From Pirellulales bacterium (GTDB lineage: Bacteria; Planctomycetota; Planctomycetia; Pirellulales; PALSA-1355), in the NCBI GenBank assembly GCA_963733035.1, contig CAVTBU010000005.1:1024001-1088000 (forward strand): 64,000 nucleotides of DNA, read 5' to 3'. Shown here in pieces: positions 38,611 through 49,558 of this stretch. The first letter of the stretch is position 1, and each line of letters starts with the position of its first letter. The notes beneath the pieces are model-generated. The model saw only the letters and a program-made list of their open reading frames with translations. It searched no databases and was not told the origin of the DNA. The translations under genes and the position numbers were made by a program.

Positions 38611-38727
38611 CGCCGTCCGCGCGACGGCCAATAGCGACACCATGCAGAACGAACCGTTCGAGGTGCGGCCCGAGATGGTATGCGACGCGATCCTGGCAGC
38701 CGATGCGCTGGGGTGGGCGTGGAAGAA
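38611..38727 (+). repeat. Direct repeat copy B: diverged gldA 3' fragment
   Basis: About 91% identical to 36471-36587; in-frame ATG at 38606 gives a 45-aa mini-ORF ending at 38743. Confidence 0.9.
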
Positions 38728-39017
38728 GGGTAGTGGGTCGTAGCGGGAAGAAAGGTCTCGAGTACTGGGGTGGCCGCGAAAACTCGTTGTCGCATATGCC
38801 GCAGGCACAAGACGCGTTCCGTTGCGCAGTGCATCTTCATCCTTGTTTCGAATCCCTCGTATTGCTCCGCAACACCGACAACAAGTTGCCACCCTGCGGA
38901 TCAAGCTAGCAATTCACACCACCGCCACGTAATCCCACATGGCGTTCGCGATCATCTGCTCGCTAGAATCCCCCTGGGACCGACCGACGTTCAATTCAAT
39001 TCACGGAGGATGATGGC

Positions 39018-39293
39018 ATGAAATTTCGATTATTGAGAATCGGAATCGTCGGCTTGGCGGTGGGAGCAGTAGGGACCATGCTCCTTACAATTGGCAACGC
39101 AGTGCTTTTTATGTCTGAAGGAATCAATCTTGCTACGGAAATTGATTGGCCGATGTACTTGGGGGGAGCCATTTTCATGTACTTCCTTCCCCTGGCCGCC
39201 GTCGGGACGCTGCTTACCGGCATCCTAGAGGTTGGCAGGTTTTTTCTCTCCAACCGAATAAACGCAGCAGCAAAGAACTCTGCTGGCGGATAG
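39018..39293 (+). CDS. Small two-TM membrane protein
   Basis: GGAGG RBS; two hydrophobic helices; lower GC. Confidence 0.65.
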   Translation: MKFRLLRIGIVGLAVGAVGTMLLTIGNAVLFMSEGINLATEIDWPMYLGGAIFMYFLPLAAVGTLLTGILEVGRFFLSNRINAAAKNSAGG

Positions 39294-39462
39294 CCTTCCT
39301 CCCAAGCCCTGCACAGACTCCTAGGACACCCACTACCGCATCGGCGGCCACCTTGACCACCCCTAGTGGCCAAACCTACACTGGCGGGTTTGGATGCTTT
39401 GGTTGGCTCCGGGTGCGGGGCGAATGCGGCGTCCGCTGGTTTTTTGAGTGCGAGGGTGGGCG

Positions 39463-40751
39463 GTGAGCGTTACCTGTGTCATTGGATTGCAATGGGGCGA
39501 CGAGGCCAAGGGAAAGCTCGTCGACCTGCTGACCGACCAGCACGAAATCGTGGTTCGCTACCAGGGGGGGAGCAACGCTGGCCATACCGTCGTGACGGGC
39601 GGGCAAACCTACAAGCTCTCGCTGATCCCCAGCGGCATTTTGAGCCCCCAGGTGCAGTGCGTGGTGACCGGCGGCGTGGTGCTCAACCCGGCCAGCATCT
39701 TGCAGGAAATCGACGGCCTGATGGCCCGCGACATCAAGGTGGGCGACAACCTGATGCTCAGCGATCGGGCGCATGTGATCTTTCCCTGGCACGTGGCCGA
39801 GGACGCGATTCTGGATAAGAGCTGTTCGAGCGGCGAGAACATTGGCACCACCATGCGGGGTATCGGCCCGTGCTATCGCGATAAGGTGGCCCGATCGTTC
39901 GCCGTGCGGCTGGGGGACATGTATCGCGACAACTTCAAAGACAAGCTGCAGTACATCTGCGAAGCGAAGAATGCCACGATCGGCCCGCTGCTCACGCCGC
40001 AGCCGTTCAACTCCACGGAAATCGTGGCCGAGTATCTCGGTTACGCTCAGCGGCTGAAGCCCTTCGTGCGCGACACGACGTCGTATCTGCTCGACGCCGT
40101 GGAGTCGGGCAAGAACATTCTGCTCGAAGGCGCCGAGGCGCACTGTTGGACGTCGACCACGGCACCTATCCGTTCGTCACCAGCAGCAATAGCTCGGGCG
40201 TGGGCGTGTCGGTCGGCTCGGGTATACCGGGCTGTTGGATCAAGAAGGTGATCGGGGTGGTCAAAGCGTATTCGACGCGCGTGGGGGGCGGCCCGTTTCC
40301 GACCGAGCAAGACAACGACATCGGTCAGCACATTCGCGATCGCGGCAATGAATACGGCACCGTGACGCGGCGGCCGCGTCGTTGCGGTTGGTTCGACGCG
40401 GTGGCCGTGCGTTACACGGCGCGGCTCAGCGGCGTCGATCGGTTGGCGGTGATGCTCTTGGACGTGCTATCAGAGCTGCCAGAGCTGAAAATCTGCACGG
40501 CCTACGAACTGGACGGCGAGCGGGTGACGGATTTCCCCAGCCACGTCGACGACTTGCGGCGGGCCAAACCGGTGTACGAGACCGTGCCGGGCTGGCAGCA
40601 GGACATCACGAAGATCCGCAAATTGGAGGAATTACCGGCCCAGGCCCGGAGCTATTTGGATCGCCTCAGCGAGCTTTTGGGGCGGCCGGTGGACGTGGTG
40701 TCGGTGGGTCCAGACCGCGAACAAACGATTTTTGCCCCGCGTACAAGCTAA
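39463..40751 (+). CDS. purA: Adenylosuccinate synthetase (apparent 1-nt frameshift near 40135)
   Basis: [28 protein letters not shown] in one frame; [34 protein letters not shown] in the next; break falls inside the EGAQG motif. Confidence 0.95.
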
Positions 40752-40804
40752 ACTAGGACTGGGGTTTTTCGTACCTTCGCCCTTTGACCGTAAGGAAGCC
40801 CGGG

Positions 40805-41557
40805 ATGGCTGAACCAACGGCAACCGCCGCCGAACCATTGGAAGTGCCGCGCGAGGCTCGCCCCCGTCACATTGCCGTGATCATGGATGGCAACGGCCGC
40901 TGGGCGCAGCGGCAGGGGCTGCCGCGAATCGAAGGACACCGCCGCGGCGTAGCCAGCGTGCGGCGGGTGACCGAAGAGTGCGCCCGGCTCGACATCGAGC
41001 AGCTTACGCTGTACTGCCTGTCGAGCGAGAATTGGAAACGGCCGCAGCGCGAGCTTGAGTTTCTGATGCACCTGCTCGAGCAGTACATGATCGAAGAGCG
41101 CTCGACGATCATGGACCAGAACATTCGCGTCAACGTGATCGGCCGCCGCAACGACATTCCCGAGGCCGTGCAACGGGAGATGCAAAAGACCATCGACATG
41201 AGCGCGGCCAACAGCGGCCTGCGGCTCTGCCTGGCGATCAACTACGGCAGCCGCCTGGAACTGGTCGACGCCGTGCGCGAGATCGCCGAGGAAGTGCAGA
41301 GCGGCCAGCTCAATCCCGCGCAGATCGACGAAGAAACCGTTCGCAAACATCTTTACACGGCCGGCATGTCCGATCCCGACCTGGTCATTCGCACGGCGGG
41401 TGAAATGCGGGTCAGCAATTTTCTGCTGTGGCAAATCAGCTACGCCGAAATTTGGGTGACGGAGCATTGCTGGCCGGAGTTTCGAGAAAGCGATTTGCAC
41501 CAGGCGATTCGCGACTACGCGTCGCGCGACCGCCGATTCGGCGGATTGACCGGCTAG
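40805..41557 (+). CDS. uppS: Undecaprenyl diphosphate synthase (isoprenyl transferase)
   Basis: HIAVIMDGNGRWA, SSENWKRP, NYGSR, PDLVIRTAGEMRVSNFLLWQ, RRFGG. Confidence 0.96.
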   Translation: MAEPTATAAEPLEVPREARPRHIAVIMDGNGRWAQRQGLPRIEGHRRGVASVRRVTEECARLDIEQLTLYCLSSENWKRPQRELEFLMHLLEQYMIEERSTIMDQNIRVNVIGRRNDIPEAVQREMQKTIDMSAANSGLRLCLAINYGSRLELVDAVREIAEEVQSGQLNPAQIDEETVRKHLYTAGMSDPDLVIRTAGEMRVSNFLLWQISYAEIWVTEHCWPEFRESDLHQAIRDYASRDRRFGGLTG

Positions 41558-41577
41558 CTCAGAAAAGGAACCCGCCG

Positions 41578-42462
41578 TTGCTGCGCTGGCGTCTATTGCT
41601 GGGAGCGTGCCTGATCGGGGCATTGGCCGGGTTCATGGTGCTTGATTACCAGGCCGCAACTCCCGGCACCTGGTTGCTGTTGCTCGCATTGGTCGCCGGT
41701 CTGGGAGCCGCCAACGAAGTGGTGACGCTGTTGGCCGCCGGAGGTTATCACCCTCTGTCAAGCGTTATCTATGGCGGCACACTATTGGTGATTGCGAGCA
41801 ATTTGCTGCCGCTGCATTGGCGGCCCGTCGACGAAGAACATGCCCTGGCGCGTCTCGTCTGGCCGCTGGTCGCTTTTACGCTGAGCATGCTCGCCGCGTT
41901 CATCGGTGAAATGCGCCGCTACGAGCGCCCCGGCGGAGTGATGATCAACGTCGGACTGGCCATCTTTGGCGTGGCCTACGTCGGCTTGCTGCTCAGTTTT
42001 ACCGTTCAATTGCGTTTGCTGGGAGGCCCGCAAGACGGCATCGTGGCGCTGGCGGCGCTGGTGGCCGTGGTCAAGTTTGGAGACACGGGCGCCTACACGT
42101 TTGGACATCTCTTCGGCCGCCACAAGATGACACCCGTGCTGAGCCCCGGCAAAACCTGGGAAGGCGCCGCGGGCGGATTGCTGTCCGCAGCGCTTGGTGC
42201 CTGGCTGGTGATGACCTTCCTGCCGCGGGCGCTGGGACACACCCTTTCGCAAGCCTCGTGGAGCTGGCTGCTGTTTGGCGTCGTGGTGGGCATTGCCGGA
42301 ATTCTCGGCGACCTGGCCGAATCGCTGTTCAAGCGCGACGTCGGCCGCAAGGATTCGAGCAACTGGATGCCCGGCTTCGGCGGAATTCTCGACGTACTTG
42401 ATTCGATTCTGTTCGCGGCGCCAGTGGCGTATCTGTGCTGGTGTGTCGGGATGAATTGGTAG
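41578..42462 (+). CDS. cdsA: Phosphatidate cytidylyltransferase
   Basis: DTGAY..G..FGRHK..P.LSPGKTWEG, GDLAES.FKR..G.KDS...PG.GGILD..DS; follows uppS. Confidence 0.95.
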   Translation: MLRWRLLLGACLIGALAGFMVLDYQAATPGTWLLLLALVAGLGAANEVVTLLAAGGYHPLSSVIYGGTLLVIASNLLPLHWRPVDEEHALARLVWPLVAFTLSMLAAFIGEMRRYERPGGVMINVGLAIFGVAYVGLLLSFTVQLRLLGGPQDGIVALAALVAVVKFGDTGAYTFGHLFGRHKMTPVLSPGKTWEGAAGGLLSAALGAWLVMTFLPRALGHTLSQASWSWLLFGVVVGIAGILGDLAESLFKRDVGRKDSSNWMPGFGGILDVLDSILFAAPVAYLCWCVGMNW

Positions 42463-42527
42463 TGCGCCTCTCCCAATAGCCCCGCGGGAATCGGGCTCCG
42501 CGAATTCTTTCGCCAACTGCCCTTGCG

Positions 42528-42567
42528 GTACCTCGAACCTTGAGGTACAAGCCCTCGAACTTCGAGG
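42528..42567 (+). promoter_or_regulatory. Tandem palindromic operator, probable PadR autoregulatory site
   Basis: GTACCTC-N7-GAGGTAC and CCTCGAA-C-TTCGAGG, 22 bp apart, immediately before the GGAGG RBS. Confidence 0.7.
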
Positions 42568-42582
42568 CATGGAGGCTCACGA

Positions 42583-42943
42583 ATGGCACTGCGAAAGACG
42601 AATCCGCCGTTTCTCAACGGGGTTCCCGAGATGCTGTTGCTCGAATTGCTATCGCGGCGGCCGATGTACGGCTACGAGCTGGTGCAAGCCATCAAGGTCG
42701 CCACGGGCGGCGGCCTGGAGTTTGGCGAGGGCTGCGTTTATCCGATTCTGCACCGTCTGGAAACGCAGGGCGTGCTGGCGGCCGCGCGAGAAGGTGGCCG
42801 GACGCGAGCGTGTCGTTTACCGAGTGACAGCGGGCGGAAAGAAGCAGCTGGCCGACTCGGTGAGTACGTGGCAGCGCGTCGTGGCTTCCATCAACCACGC
42901 TTTGCAAGGAGGAGATCGTGGACGCGAAGCGTTGGCTGGATGA
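42583..42943 (+). CDS. PadR-family transcriptional regulator (apparent frameshift near 42783)
   Basis: LL.LL...PMYGYEL, EG.VYPILHRLE..G in one frame; R..YRVT.GGKKQL...W in the next. Confidence 0.88.
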
Positions 42944-43631
42944 ACTGCGGGCCGAGTTGGCTCGAAAGAAACTACCCTCGTTCTACGTGGAACGGTTGGT
43001 GTTGGAGTTGTCAGATCATTTCTCAAGTTGCATGGAGGATCGTATGAGCACGGATGCCAAAGATCTCCACGGCGTGTTCCAACGGCTGGGATCGCCCCAG
43101 CAAGTGGCGGAATCGGCCGGAAGGGAATTTCGCAAGGCTAAGTTCGCCAGACGTCACCCGGTTTTAATGTTTGTCCTGTTGCCGGTCTTGTCACTGCCGC
43201 TTCTGTGGGTGGCCAAGATCATGTCAGTCGTTCTGCTGATCAAGATCCTTGGCATCGAACAGGGCAAGACGGACGTTCACAGTACGGTGTGGCGAATGGC
43301 AGACGCGGCGCTTCCCTATTTCGTCGTCGCCATGACCGCGTTGCCGGTAGCCGTTTCCGCATTTTGCTTCTGCATTCTCGCTCGACGAACGGGTGTTAAT
43401 TGGAAGTGGTTGATGGCGGCCTGCGTTCTACTGGCGATCGTCGGCGGAATGGGAGTCGCTCAACTCACGCTGCCGACGGCAACGAGCAGAGGCGCGTTGA
43501 GTTTTGGGCTTGGTTTTAGTTTGCGTCCAAGCCATGCCCAAATGCTGCAGTTCCTATTGCCAATTTCGATTGGCGGCTGGGCCATTTGGCGACAACTGCG
43601 CGGTGGGCGGATGCACTCGCTGCAAGCCTGA
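42918..43631 (+). CDS. Membrane protein with N-terminal HAAS-like domain (PadR partner)
   Basis: WLDELRAEL...ELSDH...RLGSP..VA followed by about 4 TM helices. Confidence 0.75.
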   Translation: MDAKRWLDELRAELARKKLPSFYVERLVLELSDHFSSCMEDRMSTDAKDLHGVFQRLGSPQQVAESAGREFRKAKFARRHPVLMFVLLPVLSLPLLWVAKIMSVVLLIKILGIEQGKTDVHSTVWRMADAALPYFVVAMTALPVAVSAFCFCILARRTGVNWKWLMAACVLLAIVGGMGVAQLTLPTATSRGALSFGLGFSLRPSHAQMLQFLLPISIGGWAIWRQLRGGRMHSLQA

Positions 43632-43712
43632 GCGCAAGGTTACGGAGTACCGGTCAACAAACTATGGCAAGTGACGCGGGTGGCTTTGTCCACCCGTGCG
43701 CTTGCGCTCACG

Positions 43713-44327
43713 TCAAAAAAGCCATTCATCGCCGCCGTCGGGATCGACCACGGGGGCTTCTCGCAATAAATAGACCAGCGCCACAAAGTCGTAGGCCGCG
43801 TGCGTGACAATCGGCACCAGCAGGTTGCCGGTCGAAAGATACAACACGCCGAAATAGGCCCCCATCAGGGCCGCGAGCACGACGTAAGTGGCCGTGATCG
43901 AGTGCGCCAGGCCGAAGACGATGCTCGCGACCACCAATGCCCACGGAGGCGATCCGAAGGCACGCGCGAGGGCGTCTTGCAACACACCGCGAAACAGCAA
44001 CTCCTCGCCAAGCCCAGCCAGCAGGGAGATCAGCAACAAATCCAACAGCGAGGCAGCGCGGAACAGCGGTAAGATCGACTTCCGCATCACCGCGTCCAGC
44101 TTCTTGAGTGGCCCGAACGGAAAGCGGTCGAGCAAGACCAATCCCACCACCATGGGAATGGTCGCGAGCAAACCCGTCGTCACGCCGGCCAGTGTCCAGG
44201 CGATTTTGCCGAGCGGCGGCCGACCAAACAACCAGCCGACAAGTAGTGCCACAACGACCAGCGCGCCTTCGACGACGAAGGCCGCACCGACGAGACTGAC
44301 GTCCGTTTCGCGAGCCGGGCTGTCCAT
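43713..44327 (-). CDS. CPBP/Abi-family intramembrane metalloprotease
   Basis: EELLFRG, FGLAH, HAAYD motifs; start ATG 44327 overlaps the DoxX stop. Confidence 0.92.
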   Translation of the reverse strand: MDSPARETDVSLVGAAFVVEGALVVVALLVGWLFGRPPLGKIAWTLAGVTTGLLATIPMVVGLVLLDRFPFGPLKKLDAVMRKSILPLFRAASLLDLLLISLLAGLGEELLFRGVLQDALARAFGSPPWALVVASIVFGLAHSITATYVVLAALMGAYFGVLYLSTGNLLVPIVTHAAYDFVALVYLLREAPVVDPDGGDEWLF

Positions 44328-44761
44328 CAGGCGACCGGTGGGGGCTGCGGTGGGCGAGTGAACAGGCGATCGAAGCTCATCGGCCCAGCGCCAAACGCGA
44401 TCACCAACAACACGCCGCCGGCAATCGAAACGTTCTTCATGAAGTTGGTCATCTGCGCTACCTGCTCGGCCCCTTGATAGGCCCAAAAGTCGTGCATGAT
44501 GGCCGTGACGGGCGCCAGGAACACCAGCAGCGCCAGCGCCCCAAAACGCGCTTGGATGCCGAGAAGAACCGACAGCCCCCCGATAATCTCCAAGGCCACG
44601 GCAATCGACAACAGGATGTTGGCGGCCGGTAGCCCCTTGTCGATCATCATCCGTAGCGGCTGCTGCCAGTCCATCAGTTTGGCCGCCCCGCTGGCCAGAA
44701 AGATCGATGCCAACAGCAGGCGTCCCAGCGGCGCGAGATATTGCAGCACGCGGTCCGACAT
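44327..44761 (-). CDS. DoxX-family membrane protein
   Basis: GRLLLASIFL.SG..K, EIIGG, HDFW, FMKNVSIAGG, GAGPMS.D. Confidence 0.93.
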   Translation of the reverse strand: MSDRVLQYLAPLGRLLLASIFLASGAAKLMDWQQPLRMMIDKGLPAANILLSIAVALEIIGGLSVLLGIQARFGALALLVFLAPVTAIMHDFWAYQGAEQVAQMTNFMKNVSIAGGVLLVIAFGAGPMSFDRLFTRPPQPPPVA

Positions 44762-45082
44762 GGTCAGGCCTCCCTCGCAAAAGGTTGAACTCACCTCACC
44801 GCCCGGCACGAACAAGGCCGGTGACCAGCATTGTACGCGGCCACGAACATGCCTCCGCCCGGCGGCTTAGTTTTGTGGCGCCGTACTGACCGCCCCGCTG
44901 GCTGGATCTGACGGCTGCTTGAACACCCTATTCTCTTAGCTCGCCGAGGCTTACGGCTGCTTGACGGTTTTGGCTCCGACTTGTTAGATTGACCCGCTTG
45001 TACACCACTCCCCACAGCATCGCAGACGGCGAGCGAGGCGAGCCGCCAGCCGGCGCTCGAGACTTGAAAGGAACGCGGATCA

Positions 45083-47809
45083 ATGGAGAAATACGTCTAT
45101 TCTTTCGGACCGTCGGGCACCGACGGTTCGGCCTCGATGAGGGACTTGTTGGGTGGCAAGGGCGCCAACCTGGCCGAAATGACCAATCTGGGTCTGCCAG
45201 TGCCGGCCGGTTTCACGATCGGCACCAACGTCTGCACGTATTACTACGACCACGAAAAGAGTTATCCGCCGGAACTCAAGAAGCTGGTCGACGAGGCGAT
45301 GGCCAAGATCGAGCGCGAGATGGGGGCCGAGTTCGGTTCGACCAAGAACCCGCTGCTCGTCTCCTGCCGCTCGGGCGCCCGCGAAAGCATGCCGGGCATG
45401 ATGGACACGGTGCTGAACATCGGGCTGAACGATCAGACGGTCGAAGCGCTGGCCAAGCAATCGGGCAACGAAAGTTTCGCTTGGGATAGCTATCGCCGCT
45501 TCGTGCAGATGTACGGCGACGTGGTGCTCGACATGAAGCCCAAAACGAAACACGACCACGATCCGTTCGAAGACCTGCTCGACGCCAAAAAGGAGAAGGC
45601 GGGCGTGAAGCTCGACAACGAGCTGTCGGCTGGGCACCTCAAGGAATTGGTGACGGAATTCAAGAAGGCCATCAAAGAGCATACCGGAAAGGAATTCCCC
45701 ACCGACCCGATGGAGCAGGTGTGGGGCGCGATTAGCGCTGTCTTCGGAAGCTGGATGAACGATCGCGCAGTGGTCTATCGCCGCACTTACGGTATTCCGC
45801 ATGAATGGGGCACGGCCGTCAACGTCCAGGCGATGGTCTTTGGCAACCTGGGAGACGATTGTGCCACCGGCGTGGCCATGACCCGCGACGTGGCGCTGGG
45901 CGTGCCCGGCATCAATGGCGACTATCTGGTCAACGCGCAAGGCGAGGACGTGGTGGCCGGCATTCGCACGCCGCAGCGCATTGAAGAAACATTGTCGAAA
46001 GTCATGCCCAAGGCCTTCGAAGAGCTGGTGGAAATCGGCAACAAGCTCGAATCGCACTACAAGGACGTGCAGGACATCGAGTTCACGGTCCAGCGACGCA
46101 AAGTTTGGATGCTGCAAACCCGAAATGCCAAGCGAACGGGTTTTGCCGCCGTGCGAATCGCGGTCGACATGGTCAATGAAGGCCTGATCACCAAGCAGCA
46201 GGCCTTAAACGCCAAACGGATTCCGGCCGACGATTTGAATCAGTTGTTGCAACCGATTTACGACCCGAATTCCAAGCGATCGGCCGTCGATGCCGGCCGT
46301 CTGTTGGCCAAGGGCATCAACGCCGGTCCCGGTGCCGCCAGCGGAAAGATCGTGTTTCACGCGTCCGACGCCGAGGAAGAGTGGCGCAAGGACAACAAGG
46401 TGCAGCTGATCCTGGTCCGGCGGGAAACCAGCCCGGAAGATCTCCGCGGCATGAAGATTGCGCAGGGCATTCTCACGGCCTTCGGCGGGGCCAGCTCGCA
46501 TGCGGCGCTGGTCAGCCGTCAGATGGGCAAAGCATGCATTGTGGGCTGCGGCGATTTGAATATCGACTATCAGGCCGGCGCGCTAAAGGTCAACGGCAAG
46601 AGCTTTAAAGCCGGCGATTGGATTTCGATCGACGGTTTTACGGGCGAAGTGTTCGAAGGCAAGGTCGAAACCCGACCCAGCGAGATTCTGCAAGTGCTGA
46701 TTTCCAAATCGATGAAACCGCAGGAGGCCGAAACTTATCAGCGCTACGAGCAGTTGATGACCTGGGTAGACGAACACCGCAAGCTCAACGTGCGCACCAA
46801 CGCGGACGAGCCGAAGCAAGCCGCCGAAGCGATCGCCTTTGGCGCCGAAGGCATTGGACTGTGCCGCACCGAGCACATGTTCTTCGACCACATCAATGAC
46901 TTCCGCGAGATGATTCTCGCCGATACGGTGGACGAGCGCGAGAAGGCTTTGACCAAGCTTTTGCCGCATCAGCGGAAGGACTTCGACGGCATCTTTCGGG
47001 CCATGCAGGGCAAGCCGGTCACCATCCGCTTGCTCGATCCGCCGCTGCACGAGTTCCTGCCGCATTCGCAAAGTGAACAGGGCGAACTGGCCAAGATCAT
47101 CGGAGTTAGTGCAGACGCGATTCATCGCCGCGTGCAGGAGCTGCACGAGTTCAATCCGATGCTCGGACATCGCGGCTGTCGCCTGGGTATCGTCTATCCG
47201 GAAATCACGCGGATGCAAGCCCGAGCCATTTTTGAAGCCGCTTGCGACGTGAAGCTAGCCGGGCTCGACGTGCATCCGGAAGTGATGATTCCGCTGGCGG
47301 GTTTTGCCACGGAATTCCACGACCAGGAAAAGATCGTGCGCGAAACGGCCGACAAGGTGTTCAAGGAGAAAGGGACCCACGTGCAGTACCTGGTGGGAAC
47401 CATGGTCGAGTTGCCGCGGGCGGCAATTTGTGCCGATCAAATTGCAAAGCACGCGGAGTTCTTTAGCTTTGGCACGAACGACCTGACGCAGACGACCCTG
47501 GGCATGAGCCGCGACGACTACGGCGGTTTCATTAACGAGTATCGCGAACGGGACATCATTCCCAACGATCCCTTCCAGACGATCGACCGCGACGGGGTCG
47601 GCGGCCTGATGAAGATCGCGGTGGCTGGCGGCCGCCAGTCGCGGCCCGAGATCAAGCTGGGCATCTGCGGCGAGCATGGCGGCGACCCGGCAAGCGTGCA
47701 GTTCTGTCACGAAATTGGACTGAACTACGTGAGCTGCTCGCCCTTCCGCGTGCCAATTGCCCGGCTGGCTGCCGCCCAGGCGGCGGTGGCTGACGCGGGC
47801 AAGAAGTAA
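45083..47809 (+). CDS. ppdK: Pyruvate, phosphate dikinase
   Basis: [55 protein letters not shown]. Confidence 0.98.
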   Translation: MEKYVYSFGPSGTDGSASMRDLLGGKGANLAEMTNLGLPVPAGFTIGTNVCTYYYDHEKSYPPELKKLVDEAMAKIEREMGAEFGSTKNPLLVSCRSGARESMPGMMDTVLNIGLNDQTVEALAKQSGNESFAWDSYRRFVQMYGDVVLDMKPKTKHDHDPFEDLLDAKKEKAGVKLDNELSAGHLKELVTEFKKAIKEHTGKEFPTDPMEQVWGAISAVFGSWMNDRAVVYRRTYGIPHEWGTAVNVQAMVFGNLGDDCATGVAMTRDVALGVPGINGDYLVNAQGEDVVAGIRTPQRIEETLSKVMPKAFEELVEIGNKLESHYKDVQDIEFTVQRRKVWMLQTRNAKRTGFAAVRIAVDMVNEGLITKQQALNAKRIPADDLNQLLQPIYDPNSKRSAVDAGRLLAKGINAGPGAASGKIVFHASDAEEEWRKDNKVQLILVRRETSPEDLRGMKIAQGILTAFGGASSHAALVSRQMGKACIVGCGDLNIDYQAGALKVNGKSFKAGDWISIDGFTGEVFEGKVETRPSEILQVLISKSMKPQEAETYQRYEQLMTWVDEHRKLNVRTNADEPKQAAEAIAFGAEGIGLCRTEHMFFDHINDFREMILADTVDEREKALTKLLPHQRKDFDGIFRAMQGKPVTIRLLDPPLHEFLPHSQSEQGELAKIIGVSADAIHRRVQELHEFNPMLGHRGCRLGIVYPEITRMQARAIFEAACDVKLAGLDVHPEVMIPLAGFATEFHDQEKIVRETADKVFKEKGTHVQYLVGTMVELPRAAICADQIAKHAEFFSFGTNDLTQTTLGMSRDDYGGFINEYRERDIIPNDPFQTIDRDGVGGLMKIAVAGGRQSRPEIKLGICGEHGGDPASVQFCHEIGLNYVSCSPFRVPIARLAAAQAAVADAGKK

Positions 47810-47846
47810 GCCGAATGTTCGAAATGGCCTCACGCGACATCCCGCT

Positions 47847-48350
47847 TCAGCCCGCCGGAAACTGTCGACAGTATTCGTACAGCGCCATGGCCGTGGCCGT
47901 GGCCACGTTGTAGCTGAAGGGCAGGCCGTAGACCGGAATCTCAACGACGTGGTCGAGCAGGACCAGAACGTCGTCGGTCAGACCGGCACGTTCGTTGCCG
48001 ACGATGAGCGCTGTGCGCCGCGGAAAAGCAAAGGTGTGTAGGCTCGAAGAGTTGGTGGTCTGCTCCAGTCCGACAAGTTGAAAGCCGTCCTGCTTTAGTT
48101 CCTTGAGCACCGGCGGCAGTGTACGGTGGACATCGACTTCGACCGTGTCGGCGCCGTCGCGCGCAATCTTGCCGATGATCTTAGCATGGCCACAAACGAT
48201 CACGCGGCGAACTCCCGAGCAGCCCGCTACCCGCACGATGCGAGACAGATTGATGTTGCTGCGCACGGGAGCGCAGGCGACGACCAACTCGCGGGGGCGT
48301 TCCAAGGGCGAGACGGGTTTGTGGCGCTGGTGGACGAAGTCGGACATCAT
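47847..48350 (-). CDS. TrmH/SpoU-family RNA methyltransferase
   Basis: N...I.R, GNERAGL, VEIP.YG...S.NVATA SPOUT motifs. Confidence 0.92.
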   Translation of the reverse strand: MMSDFVHQRHKPVSPLERPRELVVACAPVRSNINLSRIVRVAGCSGVRRVIVCGHAKIIGKIARDGADTVEVDVHRTLPPVLKELKQDGFQLVGLEQTTNSSSLHTFAFPRRTALIVGNERAGLTDDVLVLLDHVVEIPVYGLPFSYNVATATAMALYEYCRQFPAG

Positions 48351-48458
48351 GGCATCGTACGGCTGCCGAAAACGCTCGGCAATCGCCTTTTGACGGCTAG
48401 CCCGAGCGACGATTAGACTGATGGAACACCCCGTTTTCGCTACGAAAGGCCCGCCTTC

Positions 48459-49124
48459 ATGTTCCGTCTGACGATTCGGCCGAAATGCCTCTATCTGGCG
48501 CCGCTCTACGTGATGATGTTGGCGGTCGTCGGTTGCCGTCCGGCGGCATCTCGGGACGACTTAAAGCCGAGCGAGGGGCCCGCCGCTTCGCAAGATCATG
48601 CCCCCGCGAGCGATTCGCACGTGCAGGACGTGAAGCTTGACGTTCTCAATTACGACGAGATTCAACAGCGGATTGCCGAACAGCGGGGGAAAGTCGTGGT
48701 GATGGATGCCTGGAGCACGAGCTGCCCTCCGTGCATGAAAGACTTTCACAACCTCGTCGAATTGCACAAGCAATATGGACCCGCTGAACTGGCGTGTATT
48801 TCGCTCAGCTTCGACTACGAGGGACTTGGAAAGCCGGAGGACGTGAGCGAGGGGGTACTCACGTTTTTGCGGTCTCAGGGGGCGACATTCGACAATTTGA
48901 TGTCGAACGAGGAATCGGACGTACTGTATCGCAAGTTTGATCTAAACGCGGTTCCCGCGGTCTTCGTCTATGATCGCTCGGGGAAACTACGGCAGCGATT
49001 CGAGAGCGAAGGCGCCTATGAACAGGTGCGCGCGCTCGTGGCCGATCTCGTCAAAGAGATGCCCGCCGGCGCGGCAGCAACCGACGCCGGCAGATCGTCG
49101 GAAGACGACGCCGCGGGCTTGTAG
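48459..49124 (+). CDS. TlpA-like thioredoxin-fold lipoprotein
   Basis: Lipobox VVGC; GKVVVMDAWSTSCPPC; VP.VFVYDR.G. Confidence 0.9.
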   Translation: MFRLTIRPKCLYLAPLYVMMLAVVGCRPAASRDDLKPSEGPAASQDHAPASDSHVQDVKLDVLNYDEIQQRIAEQRGKVVVMDAWSTSCPPCMKDFHNLVELHKQYGPAELACISLSFDYEGLGKPEDVSEGVLTFLRSQGATFDNLMSNEESDVLYRKFDLNAVPAVFVYDRSGKLRQRFESEGAYEQVRALVADLVKEMPAGAAATDAGRSSEDDAAGL

Positions 49125-49141
49125 TTGGCGCGCCAGGCGGT

Positions 49142-49558
49142 TCAGGTGGTGACGTGCGACAGCAGGTAGTCGTCGAGGCGAATCTTGCGATTGCCCTCGG
49201 GCATCGCCTCGAACAGCATGTCGAGGAGCGTGGAGAACTTCCTCGTCTTCAGGCCGTAGTAGTTGTGTTTGCCCTCGCGTCGGCGTTCGATCAACCCCGC
49301 TACGCGCAACAGCGCCAAGTGATGGCTGACGGCCGGCTGGCTTTCACCAAGCAGTTCGCACAAGGCCCGCACGTGAAGTTCGTTGCGCTCGGTGAGGTAA
49401 TAGAGGATCCGAAGTCGGGTTTCGTCGGATAGCAGCTTGAACAATTTGACGAGATTGTCGACGAGGTCGTCAGATACGGCCAAATGCCACCCGTCGGTGG
49501 AGGCCTGCGAGTCTTTTGGTTGTCGATTTCCCATGGGTTGTTGAAGAGCGTTCACCAT
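49142..49558 (-). CDS. ArsR/SmtB-family transcriptional regulator
   Basis: FKLLSDETRLRIL, SQPAVSHHL..LR.AGLI..RREGK..YY; start uncertain. Confidence 0.92.
   Translation of the reverse strand: MVNALQQPMGNRQPKDSQASTDGWHLAVSDDLVDNLVKLFKLLSDETRLRILYYLTERNELHVRALCELLGESQPAVSHHLALLRVAGLIERRREGKHNYYGLKTRKFSTLLDMLFEAMPEGNRKIRLDDYLLSHVTT

Noticed and set aside
36471..38727. Diversity-generating retroelement TR/VR pair
   Set aside because: Mismatches are not adenine-specific and no reverse transcriptase is present.
43713..44780. 355-aa DoxX-CPBP fusion
   Set aside because: The first 151 codons are an alternate frame of doxX; the protease starts at 44327.
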